This document shows, piece by piece, positions 1-10,409 of a stretch of DNA of 64,000 nucleotides. Made by a program: the position numbers and the translations under genes. The stretch is taken from assembly GCA_964587725.1 (NCBI GenBank), contig CAZPLO010000001.1:32001-96000 (forward strand), in the 5' to 3' direction. Positions within the stretch are counted from its first letter, which is position 1. Each line of letters starts with the position of its first letter. The stretch is from an uncultured archaeon. Lineage in GTDB: Archaea > Altiarchaeota > Altiarchaeia > IMC4 > SCGC-AAA252-I15. The notes beneath the pieces are model-generated. The model did not search any database. It saw only the letters and a list, made by a program, of their open reading frames with translations, and was not told the DNA's origin.

Positions 1-2
1 CT

Positions 3-2555
3 CAAGGTGATGTTGGTGGAGTTGAGCATGTAGACGCCGTAGTATGCGTTGGTGGAGTTGGAATCCAGTATGCGGGAGTTGTTCGTCCGATACAAGAAAA
101 TGAGGTCGTCTGCGGTCATTTTCACAGTCACGTTGTCGCAGCCTATCAGGCTCAAATGGGAGTATGCTGTTCCGTAGTCGAGCAGCTGGTTGTCCGGGCA
201 GGGATTGTATACGCCGTCGAAGTATTTTACGGGCTTGCCGTTGATGGTGTTGCTGGCATCTATGTCGTTGACGTATTCGTCGGCAACCCAGAGACCTCTG
301 ACCCTCCCCCGTAATATGCTGGTGTTCCTGAACGTGTTGTTCACGCTACTGGACAGGTAGCTTCCATAGGCGGTGTTGTTCTCCAGCCACAGGTCTGCGA
401 GGTTGTTATATGAACTCGAATACATGTACAGCCCCCTTGAGTTGTCGCCCGCTGTTCCATTGAATATGTTATTGTATGAACTCGAAGACAGATAGAGGCC
501 GTAGTATTTGTTGCCGTCTGCTGTTACGTTGAGTAGTGTGTTGTTCATGGAATCATCCACTTCAACCCCGATACCCCAGTCACCGTATAGGCCGTGGTTG
601 TGGCTGGAGGTTGAGTTGATGAGTTTATTGCTGGAGCCCCCGGACAACAGGATTCCGTGTTCGGAGTTGTTGTACGTCCACACGTTCCTGACCGTGCTGT
701 AGGCGGTCGAAGACAACAGGATTCCGCGGTTGTTGTTGGTTGCGTTCACGTACTCTATAAGGCCGCCGTAGTTCGAGGCGAAGAATATGCCTGACTTGTA
801 GTGATGATTCGTCCCGGTTATCGGTGTTGCAGTACCCACACGGACAGTACAGTTTCTCACCCGGGTGTTGTTGTAGCCGGATGTTACACCATAGTAGTAG
901 GTGTACAAACTGCTGTTGCCATAGTCTATTGTGTGGCCTAGGCAGTCAAGGGTGACGTTGTCCGCCTCGACAGTTATGCAAGTCTCCTCTGAGAAGACGT
1001 CGTTCAACAGATAATGTGTGGTGTCTTCCAAGGTGAGGTTCCTGCAGAAGGTGACGTTCTCCCCGGTTTCGACGTTAAATGATGTGGATGCCTCGCCCCA
1101 GCTGCCGGCGGTGTCGTTGCAGTAGAATGTGACATTGTGGAAACCGTCCGGTACTGTGGAGTTGACATAGCCAAAGTTGAAGGCCGTGATATTCCCCATG
1201 CTCGTATTTTCTCCGCCGTCGAGGCTGAATCCGCACCAGCTCCCCTCCTTGTCCAAGGTGACGTTAAAGTACACTGTCTGGGCGGAGTAGTTGCTGTACT
1301 GCGGCGAATCTATAGTAACCACCACCGGCTCACTCCCACCCTCTAAGACTATGTCGCGGACCTCATTATCGTTGCCGGAGAACATGAAATACGTTGAGTT
1401 TGTCAGGTAGCCGGCCTTGCTCGCGTTTAAGGTGTGGTTCCAGTAGGATGCGGTACCGGAGTGGTTTATGTAGTACACCAACGCCAGCAGGTCTGTCAGG
1501 CCCCCGGAGTCCGTCAGCACCTCATACTCCAATGTGCCGGATTCATTCCACAACCTGACCTTGGCGTCCTGCAGTTGTGACGTGCTGTTGGACACATTCA
1601 CCCGCAGATACCATTTCCGGACTAAATTACACGGCCAGTTTTCAGGCATGCCCCAATTCTGGAAGTATTCTGTCTCATAGGTTGAGTTCAGGAATGTGAC
1701 GTTCGAGCACTCGGACCGCATGTACAAGTCATAGTCGCCGGAGTTCTCAACCACAATGTTACTGTAGAGGTTGTGATTTCCCTGATTCAAATACATTCCA
1801 TAGTCTCCGCTGTTGTTGATGTACCCGTTGACAATGCTTATCCTGTCTGAGCGGTCGTTGTAGAAGCCAGTCCAGGAACCACCCTGTATTTCAACGCCTT
1901 CAAAGTGGTTGTCGTCTGCTAGAGAAACATAGACTGTGGAGCCCCGGACCACCACGTCCCTGTAGACGCCGTACTCGGACCACCGGATGTACATCATCTT
2001 GCCTATGGACTCCAAGTGTTCGCCGTAGGTGTACGTCTGGTCCTCCAAGTAGTAGTTGTATGAACCGCCGCTGCCGCTGACGGTGATGTTGGTCATGTTA
2101 AGGTAGTAGACGTTGGCGTTGTTGCTGTAGACGCCGTAGTATCCGTTCGACGACAGATTCAGGTTCTGGAGCAGCGCAGACCATGTGTTGCCAACCCAGA
2201 CACCAAATCGGGGGCTGGTGGTGCGGGTTGTCGTGATAAGGCAGTTCCGGACCGTGGAGTCGTTGTTATATAATTCTCCGGAGGATGGCAGGATGTAGAC
2301 TCCTGAGTAGAAGGTCGAGCCGGATGATGTCCCGTAGGTGACGGTGTTGCTCCAGCTAACACAGTCGAGTGTGACGTTGGATGCGTTTATGGTGAAGCAG
2401 GTGCCTGTTGAGGACACGGGCTGGGTGAGGCGATAGGTTTTGCCGGACTCGTTCAAGACGCGGCAGCCAGTGATGTCTTCGGTGTCTGCTGAAACGGTGG
2501 AGAGCATGAACAGTAGAGCAACGGCTGACAACACAGGATATTGTTTGACGTCCAA
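3..2555 (-). CDS. Large secreted parallel beta-helix (NosD/PbH1-repeat) surface protein; partial, runs off the left edge
   Basis: Absent from the ORF track because no stop falls in the window. Manual reading from TTG at 2555 (GGTGG upstream) gives MDVKQYPVLSAVALLFMLSTVSADTEDITGCRVLNESGKTYRLTQPVSSTGTCFTINASNVTLDC..., and the same frame at the edge reads NSTNAYYGVYMLNSTNITL. Signal peptide plus 'GxYLxxSxNN'-type repeats. Confidence 0.8.
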   Translation of the reverse strand, partial: MDVKQYPVLSAVALLFMLSTVSADTEDITGCRVLNESGKTYRLTQPVSSTGTCFTINASNVTLDCVSWSNTVTYGTSSGSTFYSGVYILPSSGELYNNDSTVRNCLITTTRTTSPRFGVWVGNTWSALLQNLNLSSNGYYGVYSNNANVYYLNMTNITVSGSGGSYNYYLEDQTYTYGEHLESIGKMMYIRWSEYGVYRDVVVRGSTVYVSLADDNHFEGVEIQGGSWTGFYNDRSDRISIVNGYINNSGDYGMYLNQGNHNLYSNIVVENSGDYDLYMRSECSNVTFLNSTYETEYFQNWGMPENWPCNLVRKWYLRVNVSNSTSQLQDAKVRLWNESGTLEYEVLTDSGGLTDLLALVYYINHSGTASYWNHTLNASKAGYLTNSTYFMFSGNDNEVRDIVLEGGSEPVVVTIDSPQYSNYSAQTVYFNVTLDKEGSWCGFSLDGGENTSMGNITAFNFGYVNSTVPDGFHNVTFYCNDTAGSWGEASTSFNVETGENVTFCRNLTLEDTTHYLLNDVFSEETCITVEADNVTLDCLGHTIDYGNSSLYTYYYGVTSGYNNTRVRNCTVRVGTATPITGTNHHYKSGIFFASNYGGLIEYVNATNNNRGILLSSTAYSTVRNVWTYNNSEHGILLSGGSSNKLINSTSSHNHGLYGDWGIGVEVDDSMNNTLLNVTADGNKYYGLYLSSSSYNNIFNGTAGDNSRGLYMYSSSYNNLADLWLENNTAYGSYLSSSVNNTFRNTSILRGRVRGLWVADEYVNDIDASNTINGKPVKYFDGVYNPCPDNQLLDYGTAYSHLSLIGCDNVTVKMTADDLIFLYRTNNSRILDSNSTNAYYGVYMLNSTNITL

Positions 2556-2648
2556 TCCGCCACCTTTATGGATTCTACACCCCTTATTTAATTCGAGTAA
2601 CACTTTTTATAAAGTATTAAGGGGTTTTCAAAACAATTTCAAACAAAG
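2556..2648. promoter_or_regulatory. AT-rich divergent promoter region with TATA-like boxes
   Basis: TTTTTATAAAGTA and TTATTTAATT between divergent genes in a GC-rich background. Confidence 0.4.
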
Positions 2649-3710
2649 ATGAAGACGGAGCTGTCGAGCGTCGACCTGCGGGTGCTGGTGCGGGAGTTCC
2701 AGGAGCTGCTGGTCGGGTCGAGGGTGGATAAGGTGTTTCAGGTGGGTGAGCGGGAGCTGGTGTTCCGTTTATACGGGGGCGGGAGCAGGGAGCTCGTCTA
2801 CAACCCGGACTTCATCTGCTTGACAAGATACAGGCGGACGCCGCCGAAGCAGCCGTCTTCGTTCGCGATGCAGTTGAGGAAACACTTGAGGGGGAAGGAG
2901 ATAACTGGGGTCAGGCAGCACGGATTCGACCGCGTCGTGGAACTGTTATTCGATGAATATGTCTTGGTGTTCGAATTGTTCAGCAAAGGCAACGCCATAC
3001 TATGCGACAACGACATGAATATTCTGGGGTTGTTGGACTGGCAGAAGTGGCGGGCTAGGACGCTGGGTGTCGGAAAAAAATACGAGTACCCACCAGAGGT
3101 GACGGACCCCTACGAAGTCGACAGGGGAGGGTTCGACCGGATTATGGAGGAATCCGGGAAAGGTGTTGCGGCGACGCTTGCCACGAAGTTCAGCCTCGGC
3201 GGAGAATACGCCGAACAGGTGTGTGAAAAGGCCGGGGTTAAGCCGGACGCGGAGGAGGGCGGGGAAGAGCTGTGGCAGGCATTCAAATCGTTTCTGGAGC
3301 GCGTGGGCGGGGAAGTCGACGCACGGGTGTCGGAGGATGATGTTACTCCGTTCGGCGGAGACGGCGAGAAAAAGGAAACCTTCAACGACGCCGTCGACGA
3401 CTACTTCAGCAGGAAGGAGATTGCTGAGAAGAAGGACGTCATTGAATCCAGGGTAGACGACAGGAGGGGGAAGATAGAGGACATACTCCGGAAGCAGGAG
3501 GAAGCACTGGAGGACGCGGAGAAACGCGCTGAAGAAGAGAAGGGCATAGGCGACGCCATATACGCCCGCATGGTTGAAGTGGAGGAGGCCGGAGCTAAAG
3601 CCAGGGAGTTGCGTGACCGCGGCTTGTCGGACGAAGAAATACTCCAGGAACTCCGGAGATACGGGTTCGTGAAGGGCGTCAGCAGACCGGAGCTGGTTCT
3701 AGAATTCTAG
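2649..3710 (+). CDS. rqcH: NFACT/Rqc2 (RqcH/FbpA-like) family protein, N-terminal part only
   Basis: LSSVDLRVLVRE, PSSFAMQLRKHL, VRQHGFDRVV, ELFSKGNAILCD motifs; coiled coil; 353 aa. Confidence 0.8.
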   Translation: MKTELSSVDLRVLVREFQELLVGSRVDKVFQVGERELVFRLYGGGSRELVYNPDFICLTRYRRTPPKQPSSFAMQLRKHLRGKEITGVRQHGFDRVVELLFDEYVLVFELFSKGNAILCDNDMNILGLLDWQKWRARTLGVGKKYEYPPEVTDPYEVDRGGFDRIMEESGKGVAATLATKFSLGGEYAEQVCEKAGVKPDAEEGGEELWQAFKSFLERVGGEVDARVSEDDVTPFGGDGEKKETFNDAVDDYFSRKEIAEKKDVIESRVDDRRGKIEDILRKQEEALEDAEKRAEEEKGIGDAIYARMVEVEEAGAKARELRDRGLSDEEILQELRRYGFVKGVSRPELVLEF

Positions 3711-4030
3711 AGTGTAGCGCTGGATATGCAGTCGTTGAGGCGCCAGTCGTCGTTTTTTATGTTAAGGCAAATCTGGACGTCCCCGACCTTCTTAGCAACC
3801 TTATGATAACAGAGGTTGCGGAGGTTATGCATGCAAACGTCCGCACACAATGGAGCCTTGGAGCTGTGGACTGCAGCATCCACAATACACTGGTCCCTGG
3901 ACTCCCCCGCCAGCCTACCGCATACGACAAGCTCCGGCTTTGTTGAAACAGGGCATTCCGTCTCAGCCTCCGAAGTGGAGCCGATGCACCCGCAGACGAG
4001 CAGAACACACACTAGAGGCAGATACCTCAT
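3707..4030 (-). CDS. Small Cys-repeat secreted protein or lipoprotein
   Basis: Signal with LVCGCIG lipobox-like motif; RDQC..A..LC / RNLC..A..IC repeats. Confidence 0.65.
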   Translation of the reverse strand: MRYLPLVCVLLVCGCIGSTSEAETECPVSTKPELVVCGRLAGESRDQCIVDAAVHSSKAPLCADVCMHNLRNLCYHKVAKKVGDVQICLNIKNDDWRLNDCISSATL

Positions 4031-4071
4031 TTAGACCACCTATATATTGTTCAGTGGATAATATAAGGAGG

Positions 4072-6249
4072 ATGGATTTGAAGGACCTGCTGAAATCCAG
4101 TGTGTGGAAGCTGGGTGCGGTGGTCTTCGCCGTGTCCTTCGCGGCGAGGGCGGTGCTCGACTTCATGTTCCAGAGCCGCCTGGGATGGCATGCAGTCAAC
4201 CACGCGGAGTCCTGGCTGTATACCGGCGTCATGAAAGGCACCCATGTCACAGGCTACATGCTCCAAGACCCGACGGTGTGGCTTCTTCGCGGGGTGGGCG
4301 TTTTCTTCCCCGGCAACCTAGCACTGTATGGCGTGTTCTTAACCTCGGCGGCTTTGTCCGCCCTCACTGCCTCCCTCATACTCCTCCTGGCTTCGGAATT
4401 GTACGACAAGAAGACGGGGTTTATCGCAGGCATGGCATACGGGGGGATGGTGGAGCCCCTGGCTCTGTCGCTGTCGGGGTTCACCCACGACCACCTGCAG
4501 CTGCCGGTGATGGTGCTGCTGCTTTGGATGACAGTGAAGGCTGTTAAGGTCAAGGGCTGGATGCGGTACAGCCTGGTTGTCGCGTACGCGATCATAGTGT
4601 ATTGGGCGCGGTTCATCAACGAAGTCGTCTACGTCGCGGTCGGCGCATCCGCAGTGTATGTCGGATACGTTGTGCTTGAAAGATACTATGGGGGGAGGAA
4701 CGTACACGCCGCCTATATGACATTGGGTTTGGTGGCGTTGGCGGCCGCCGGTCAGTGGGGCCTCAACACGTACCTCGCATCCAAGCTCGAACTCCTCCCG
4801 CAGGGGAGGATGGGGAGCGTCGACGTGCTGCCCCTGAGCATGCTGACGTTCTGGCTCAGATACAACATGCTGTTGTTCCTCATGCCCTTCGGCGTAGCAG
4901 CCGCGTACAAAAGGAGGGACACTGTGGGGCTGACGCTTACGGCGGTCGGGTTTGTGGTGGCGACGGTGATGGACCGGGGTACGAGGATAAGCGACCTCGG
5001 CGTAGCGTTGTTGTTTTCTTACGCGGTCGTGGACTGGGGTGTGAAGGAGAAGGTCTTGGGGCTGGACAGGAGAAACAGGCTGTACCTGACCGCCGGTTCC
5101 GGGGTGCTTGCGTCCGCGTACGTCTACTTCAACACCCACCAGCCGCTGCATTACAACATCATATACCTTCTGGGGGGGGCAGTCCTACTCTTCACACTGT
5201 GGAGGGTCAATGGCGTGAAGGGCATGGTTGCCGCCGCTTCCGTTGTTGTTTTGGTGGGTGTAGCGGCCAACGCGGCGTACGTATACAATCTGGAGCCTAG
5301 GAGGATAGTGTCGGACACTGAATACCATGTCCTTGAATGGCTGCGCGGCAACAACGACGGAGGCATGGTGCTGACGGGGTGGGACCGCGGATACATGGTG
5401 GAGGTGGTGTCCGGGTTGGAAGCCGCTTCCACGCCGGGGAGGATACGGGCTGAAGTACACGACATGCTGTGGCAGCTGGACCGTCAGGCGGCAGCCAACC
5501 TCCGTAAAGCCGGCGTACGGTATGTGATGCTGACCAGCGAACACTTCAACGTGGTAAAGATGGGGGATGAGATGGCCTACCGGATAAGCGGGGGGTTAGT
5601 GTTCGCCCCAGAAAACCAGCCGCCGATGGAGTTCACCAACCGCCTCACAGTGTACAAGCTGAGACACGACACCGCACCCCGGTACTTCAGACTGTTGAAA
5701 AACGAGACGGACCCCTCCACTGGCGTGAAGGTGATGCTGTACGAGGTGGCTTCAGAACCGGCGGAGGGTTCGTTGGTCGGGGGCATCGCAGTCAACCACG
5801 GCTCTGAAAAAAACGCGTCCCTGGAGGCTGCAGCCTACGGCAGCAGGGAATACTCTGAGGTCTACGTGGAAACCTTCAAGTCGAACGAGGTGAAGGAGGT
5901 GGTGTATCCTGTGGGGAAGTGGATGCGGGAGTTCAACTGCAGTCTGGCGCCCGTGGACGAGTGGGGATACACCGGAACCATAACGTACCTGAACATGGGG
6001 GGAGCCCACACAGTTGACGCTAACGTTGTTTTAGTGGACGCGGGTTCAGGGGAGACTGTGGACTCCGCTCTCCTCAGGATTAGTTTCAGAGCAGGAGAAA
6101 AGAGGACAGTCCAGTACACCTTCAAACCCGAGGACCTGTCCAGGGAGTACCTAGTGGGCCACAACGTCATAGAAGGCGTCGACGTGTTGGAGAACGAGTC
6201 CACGCCCCCCGTCCTTGAGGGCGTGGGCGTGCTGGCTATGTTCTGCTAG
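4072..6249 (+). CDS. STT3/AglB-like GT-C membrane glycosyltransferase
   Basis: Multiple TM helices, FTHDH, VLTGWDRGY (WWDYG-like), soluble C-terminal domain; start re-set to ATG 4072 after AAGGAGG. Confidence 0.6.
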   Translation: MDLKDLLKSSVWKLGAVVFAVSFAARAVLDFMFQSRLGWHAVNHAESWLYTGVMKGTHVTGYMLQDPTVWLLRGVGVFFPGNLALYGVFLTSAALSALTASLILLLASELYDKKTGFIAGMAYGGMVEPLALSLSGFTHDHLQLPVMVLLLWMTVKAVKVKGWMRYSLVVAYAIIVYWARFINEVVYVAVGASAVYVGYVVLERYYGGRNVHAAYMTLGLVALAAAGQWGLNTYLASKLELLPQGRMGSVDVLPLSMLTFWLRYNMLLFLMPFGVAAAYKRRDTVGLTLTAVGFVVATVMDRGTRISDLGVALLFSYAVVDWGVKEKVLGLDRRNRLYLTAGSGVLASAYVYFNTHQPLHYNIIYLLGGAVLLFTLWRVNGVKGMVAAASVVVLVGVAANAAYVYNLEPRRIVSDTEYHVLEWLRGNNDGGMVLTGWDRGYMVEVVSGLEAASTPGRIRAEVHDMLWQLDRQAAANLRKAGVRYVMLTSEHFNVVKMGDEMAYRISGGLVFAPENQPPMEFTNRLTVYKLRHDTAPRYFRLLKNETDPSTGVKVMLYEVASEPAEGSLVGGIAVNHGSEKNASLEAAAYGSREYSEVYVETFKSNEVKEVVYPVGKWMREFNCSLAPVDEWGYTGTITYLNMGGAHTVDANVVLVDAGSGETVDSALLRISFRAGEKRTVQYTFKPEDLSREYLVGHNVIEGVDVLENESTPPVLEGVGVLAMFC

Positions 6250-7994
6250 GTAACCGGCGCCACCCCGCCGACGACGTTGCTGCCGGCCTGCCCCTGCGCG
6301 AACAACCAGTCGAACAGCGCCGGCAATGCCACGGCCAGTATGGCCACGAACCACACCATCAGCACGAAATCCAGCAATGCCGTGTATTTGCTGCCGCCGT
6401 CCACCATCTTTATCGAGTAAGCTGAAAAGGCCGCGTGTAGCAGCAGCACGATGAACAGGAGGTCCTGCACCAAAGGCACGTTTATTTCACCTATCGACGG
6501 GAGCAGGCCCTGAGTGAGGCTGCTAACCGACGGCGTCTGAGCTATCGCCGCGAAAGACTGCTTGAACGTGTTGTCTAGTATGCCGACCATCCGGAGTGTG
6601 GCGTAGGCTGAACCGGTGACCCCCAGCAGCGTCCCGTAGTATACGCCTTTGACGCTGGACGCCAGCTGAAGCCGCAGCTCCCTAAGGGACAGCAGCTGTA
6701 TGAAGTTGTCGCTGATTATCTGGCTCGCCTCCTCCGGGTCGCCTCCGAGGTTGATGACCTGTATGAATATGCTGCCGAACTTCTCTATCATGTTGCTGCC
6801 TGTCTCGCCGGCGAAGTACATCCACGACTGGAATTTGTCGCAACGCACCTTCAAACGCATGTAGAGTTTGTTGACCGCGTCGTTGAGGACCCCGAACTCG
6901 TGTATCCTGAGCGGCCCTATGGTACTGTATAAACTGCCGCCGCGGGCCGACAGTGAGCCGCCGAGGGAGCGGACGAACGCGGGGAAAGCCTGATCCTTGC
7001 GTATTACGGCGTTCTCCATCTGCTGGGACATGAACCCTATCACCGCCAGGGGGGAGGCGGAAATGGCCATCAGCACGGGAAACCAGGGGAGGGGTCTGAA
7101 TATTAGGAGGGGTACGCCCAAGACGAAGCAGGACGCTATTACGGGTATCAAAACCCGCCTCATTTTCTTATATTCTGGAGGCTTGATGGGGAGGCGGTGG
7201 GTTATGGGGTCGTGGGTTATGAAACTGTCTATGAACACAATCGACAGCAGATCTATGAAGAATAGTGCGAGTGCGCTGAGGCCGACGAGCATGTAGATGT
7301 TGTAGCCCATCACCAACGGCAACATAAAGGCGATGGCCATCATGAAGGATATGGCTATGGTGAGTGATACAAGGGCGTCCTGGACCAGGCTAAGTGTTTG
7401 GAGGCTCTGCTTGTACTCGGATGCAAAGTCCTCCATGACGGCGGACTGCTCCTTCCGGAGGAAGGCGTCGATGCGTTCACCGAAGTCGAAGGCCGCGCTC
7501 ATCCGGTCCAGGAAGTTGCCGAGAATCTTCGACGGCACAAGGGTGCTGAGTTTCCTGCACGTCCTCACCAGCCCCAGGTTCCAGTAGTCCGACAAATACG
7601 CGACCTTCTCCATCACCTTCGCAATCTCCCCGTATTCGACGCGCTGGGATGCTAGGCGGAACAGCTGCCGGCGTTTCACGTGCAGGGTTGAGAGGGCGCC
7701 GGCGTAGGTTATGAAGTAGTGTATGTTCTCGTGTATGTTCACCTTAATACGCTCTATCACGTAGTAGGGGTAGACGAAGATGGCGGAAACCCCGAGTATC
7801 ATTATTATCATCGGCGCCAGCAGCAAAACCATGGGGGGCACGCCCAGGTCGAAGGTGCCGCCGTAGAATACCACGAACAGTAGGCCGGAGATGAACAACA
7901 CCATGGTGACCGCCAGCACCGGTGCCACGAATTTCTTGAAGTAGTCGTCTACAGTGTTGTAGCCTGCTAGCCTGATTGCCTCCTCGAAGTCCAT
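6246..7994 (-). CDS. flaJ: Archaellum assembly membrane platform FlaJ/ArlJ
   Basis: 582 aa two-lobed T2SS-F protein (HYFITY..LST, FPAFVRSLG, LGGDPEE); follows flaI. Confidence 0.88.
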   Translation of the reverse strand: MDFEEAIRLAGYNTVDDYFKKFVAPVLAVTMVLFISGLLFVVFYGGTFDLGVPPMVLLLAPMIIMILGVSAIFVYPYYVIERIKVNIHENIHYFITYAGALSTLHVKRRQLFRLASQRVEYGEIAKVMEKVAYLSDYWNLGLVRTCRKLSTLVPSKILGNFLDRMSAAFDFGERIDAFLRKEQSAVMEDFASEYKQSLQTLSLVQDALVSLTIAISFMMAIAFMLPLVMGYNIYMLVGLSALALFFIDLLSIVFIDSFITHDPITHRLPIKPPEYKKMRRVLIPVIASCFVLGVPLLIFRPLPWFPVLMAISASPLAVIGFMSQQMENAVIRKDQAFPAFVRSLGGSLSARGGSLYSTIGPLRIHEFGVLNDAVNKLYMRLKVRCDKFQSWMYFAGETGSNMIEKFGSIFIQVINLGGDPEEASQIISDNFIQLLSLRELRLQLASSVKGVYYGTLLGVTGSAYATLRMVGILDNTFKQSFAAIAQTPSVSSLTQGLLPSIGEINVPLVQDLLFIVLLLHAAFSAYSIKMVDGGSKYTALLDFVLMVWFVAILAVALPALFDWLFAQGQAGSNVVGGVAPVT

Positions 7995-7995
7995 G

Positions 7996-9648
7996 TTACA
8001 CCGAGAATGGGAGACCCTCCTTGCCCTTGTAGTAGTAGGACTTTATTATCTCCCACACGTCGAAGTAGTTGAATATGCCCTCAGATATCATCTTGTTTAT
8101 GATTTTTGCCCTGTACTCGAGTTCATTGTATATTTCGCGCACGTCCTTGTAGCCGAGCATCCGGGCTATCTTCTCCTCCAGGATGTAACTGTTGTGGTAG
8201 CCGAGGAAGCCGAACTCGTCCGACGTCGGCACCCACTCGAACACGGCCGCGGTTCCGACCTTGCCGAGTTCGTCGTAGTATTTGATAAGCTCTGTGACGC
8301 TCAGGACACGGCGGACGAACTTCCCGTGAAGGTACACGGCCTGCTGGATTAAGACGACGTTGAGGTTGTCTATCGCAGATATGGGGACGTTGATTGGGTG
8401 GCCGGTCATACGCTGTATCATCTTGTGGGGGTCGCCGGCGTGGAAGGTGCTCATAACCGGGTGGCCGGTCTGCATCGCCTGGAACGCTATGTTGCCCTCT
8501 TTCTCACGTATCTCACCCACGATGATGTAGTTGGGCCTTGACCGGAGGGCCGCCACCAGCAGCGTCATCATGGTCACGTCCGTTTCCTTCCCGGACTCCC
8601 TAGTTACGAGGTGCTGCCACGCCGGATGCGGCATCGTTACCTCGGGTGTGTTTTCGACGCTGTAGACCTTAGCGTCCGGTTTGATGAATGCGCTGACAGC
8701 GTTCAACGTCGTCGTCTTCCCGGAGGCTGTTTCGCCGCAGATGAATATGCTCATCCCGTTCTCCAGGCACAGCCACATGTATGCGGCCATGTCCGCGGTC
8801 ATCGTGCGCCAGTTCACCAATTGGGTGATGCTGATGGGGACCTTGCTGAACTTCCGGATGGTGAAGCTGCTGCCCTCCAAACTTACTTCGCGACCGTAGA
8901 TGAAGTTGGCCCGGCTGCCATCCGGCATGATGGCGTCCACCACCGGCTGCGCCTCGCTAACCGGCCGCTCCACCCGCTCGCTGCTGTTGAAGACGTACTT
9001 GTCCAACTGCAGGTCTGTGTTGAATATGATGTTTGTGGCAACCATCTCGAAAATCTTGTGGATGGTATACACTCTCGCGACGCCTATGCAGTGTATGTCC
9101 TCTATGTAGGGGTCACGGAGCAGCGGCTCCAGTATGCCGTAGCCGACCCGTTCGCGGATGAGAAAGTACTTGATTTTCTCGTACTCCTGCTGGGTCATCC
9201 TGATTCTTCCGCCACCTCCTAACTGCGACATAATATTTTCTATGGCGCCTTTCTTCCTGCCGGACTCCAGCCTCTTACCCTCCACCTCCACCAAATCACC
9301 CATCAGCTTCACCAGTATGTCGCTGAGGTCCTCGGTGGTCTCGCTGGTGTCCATGGTGTGAGCTATCTTAATCAGCTGGTCGCTGATTTTGTTGAACATC
9401 TCCTGCTCATGCGGCATCAGCTGAGGCTCCACCGCAATGTACTGGGTCTCGTTCTCCCCGGGGCGGCGGAGGATGTGGATGAATATGGGGTCGCCGACGG
9501 GGTACATGATGTTGGGGAACTCCTCCCCCTTCAGACTCCGGTCCAGCTGCACGTAGAAGTCCGGCTTCTCCACGCTCTTGTTCTGCAGGTACTCCCGCAG
9601 GTGCGGGTTCCTCGCCTGCGCCTCCTGGAACTCCTTCTCGTCCGGCAT
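7996..9648 (-). CDS. flaI: Archaellum motor ATPase FlaI/ArlI
   Basis: NPHLREY, YPVGDPIFIHI, GETASGKTT, LRSRPNYIIVGEIR, QTGHPVMSTFHA. Confidence 0.92.
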   Translation of the reverse strand: MPDEKEFQEAQARNPHLREYLQNKSVEKPDFYVQLDRSLKGEEFPNIMYPVGDPIFIHILRRPGENETQYIAVEPQLMPHEQEMFNKISDQLIKIAHTMDTSETTEDLSDILVKLMGDLVEVEGKRLESGRKKGAIENIMSQLGGGGRIRMTQQEYEKIKYFLIRERVGYGILEPLLRDPYIEDIHCIGVARVYTIHKIFEMVATNIIFNTDLQLDKYVFNSSERVERPVSEAQPVVDAIMPDGSRANFIYGREVSLEGSSFTIRKFSKVPISITQLVNWRTMTADMAAYMWLCLENGMSIFICGETASGKTTTLNAVSAFIKPDAKVYSVENTPEVTMPHPAWQHLVTRESGKETDVTMMTLLVAALRSRPNYIIVGEIREKEGNIAFQAMQTGHPVMSTFHAGDPHKMIQRMTGHPINVPISAIDNLNVVLIQQAVYLHGKFVRRVLSVTELIKYYDELGKVGTAAVFEWVPTSDEFGFLGYHNSYILEEKIARMLGYKDVREIYNELEYRAKIINKMISEGIFNYFDVWEIIKSYYYKGKEGLPFSV

Positions 9649-9649
9649 C

Positions 9650-10378
9650 CTAAGCCAAACCTCCTATGTCTATGATGAGGCCCTGGCCCGGCTCAACACG
9701 GAACGCAATCTGGGGAACAACCTGTATCTTGCTGCGCTTGAACCGGTTCACCGCCATGTACTTCTTGGTTTCCCCTCCCAGCTCCTTCATCCCGAACTCC
9801 AGGTATATGTCCGACACCGACCGGAAGAGCGTTAACAGGCTCTTGTTCAATTGGTCGGGGTCGACGGTCATCATCACAATCTTCCCCTTGTTGGTGAGTT
9901 TCTTGAAGAACTTAATGACCTCGAATGCTTTCTCGTCGCTGATGTTGCCCTGCACCAGCAGAAAGGATATGGTATCTATGATTATCACCGTCTTCTCGAA
10001 TAGTTTCTTGGCGGACAGCAGCCTTTCAAGAAAGTCTTTCCGCAGTTTTCCTCCGCCTATGAACGGGAACATGGGTATGAACAGGAGGCGCTCGTCTATC
10101 ACGTATTCGTCGACCACGTACTGGAGGGAGTCCATCTGCTCCAGGAACTCCTTCGTCGACAGTTCCGCGCTGATGTAGGTGGCGGTTGCGCCGTTAACCA
10201 GCGACGAATACAGGAGACGCTGGACCAGCAGGCTCTTGCCCATCCCGTCCTTCCCCTCTATAAGCATCAGGGAACCGTAGGGAAGGGCGCCGCCTAACTT
10301 GGTGTGCAGCATGTCCCTTTTAATCCGCATGCTCAGGAACTGGTTGTCGGATTCCTGCTCGTCTGGTTCCTCAGCCAT
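9650..10378 (-). CDS. flaH: Archaellum RecA/KaiC-fold ATP-binding protein FlaH/ArlH
   Basis: LGGALPYGSLMLIEGKDGMGKS, FRVEPGQGLII; directly upstream of flaI. Confidence 0.88.
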   Translation of the reverse strand: MAEEPDEQESDNQFLSMRIKRDMLHTKLGGALPYGSLMLIEGKDGMGKSLLVQRLLYSSLVNGATATYISAELSTKEFLEQMDSLQYVVDEYVIDERLLFIPMFPFIGGGKLRKDFLERLLSAKKLFEKTVIIIDTISFLLVQGNISDEKAFEVIKFFKKLTNKGKIVMMTVDPDQLNKSLLTLFRSVSDIYLEFGMKELGGETKKYMAVNRFKRSKIQVVPQIAFRVEPGQGLIIDIGGLA

Positions 10379-10409
10379 CCTGCGTTACAGTATTTGTAAA
10401 GGGTATATA

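Noticed and set aside
508-2652. Short ORFs listed in the track at 508, 1137, 2159 and 2440
   Set aside because: They overlap the long minus-strand beta-helix gene that the track missed because it has no stop inside the window.
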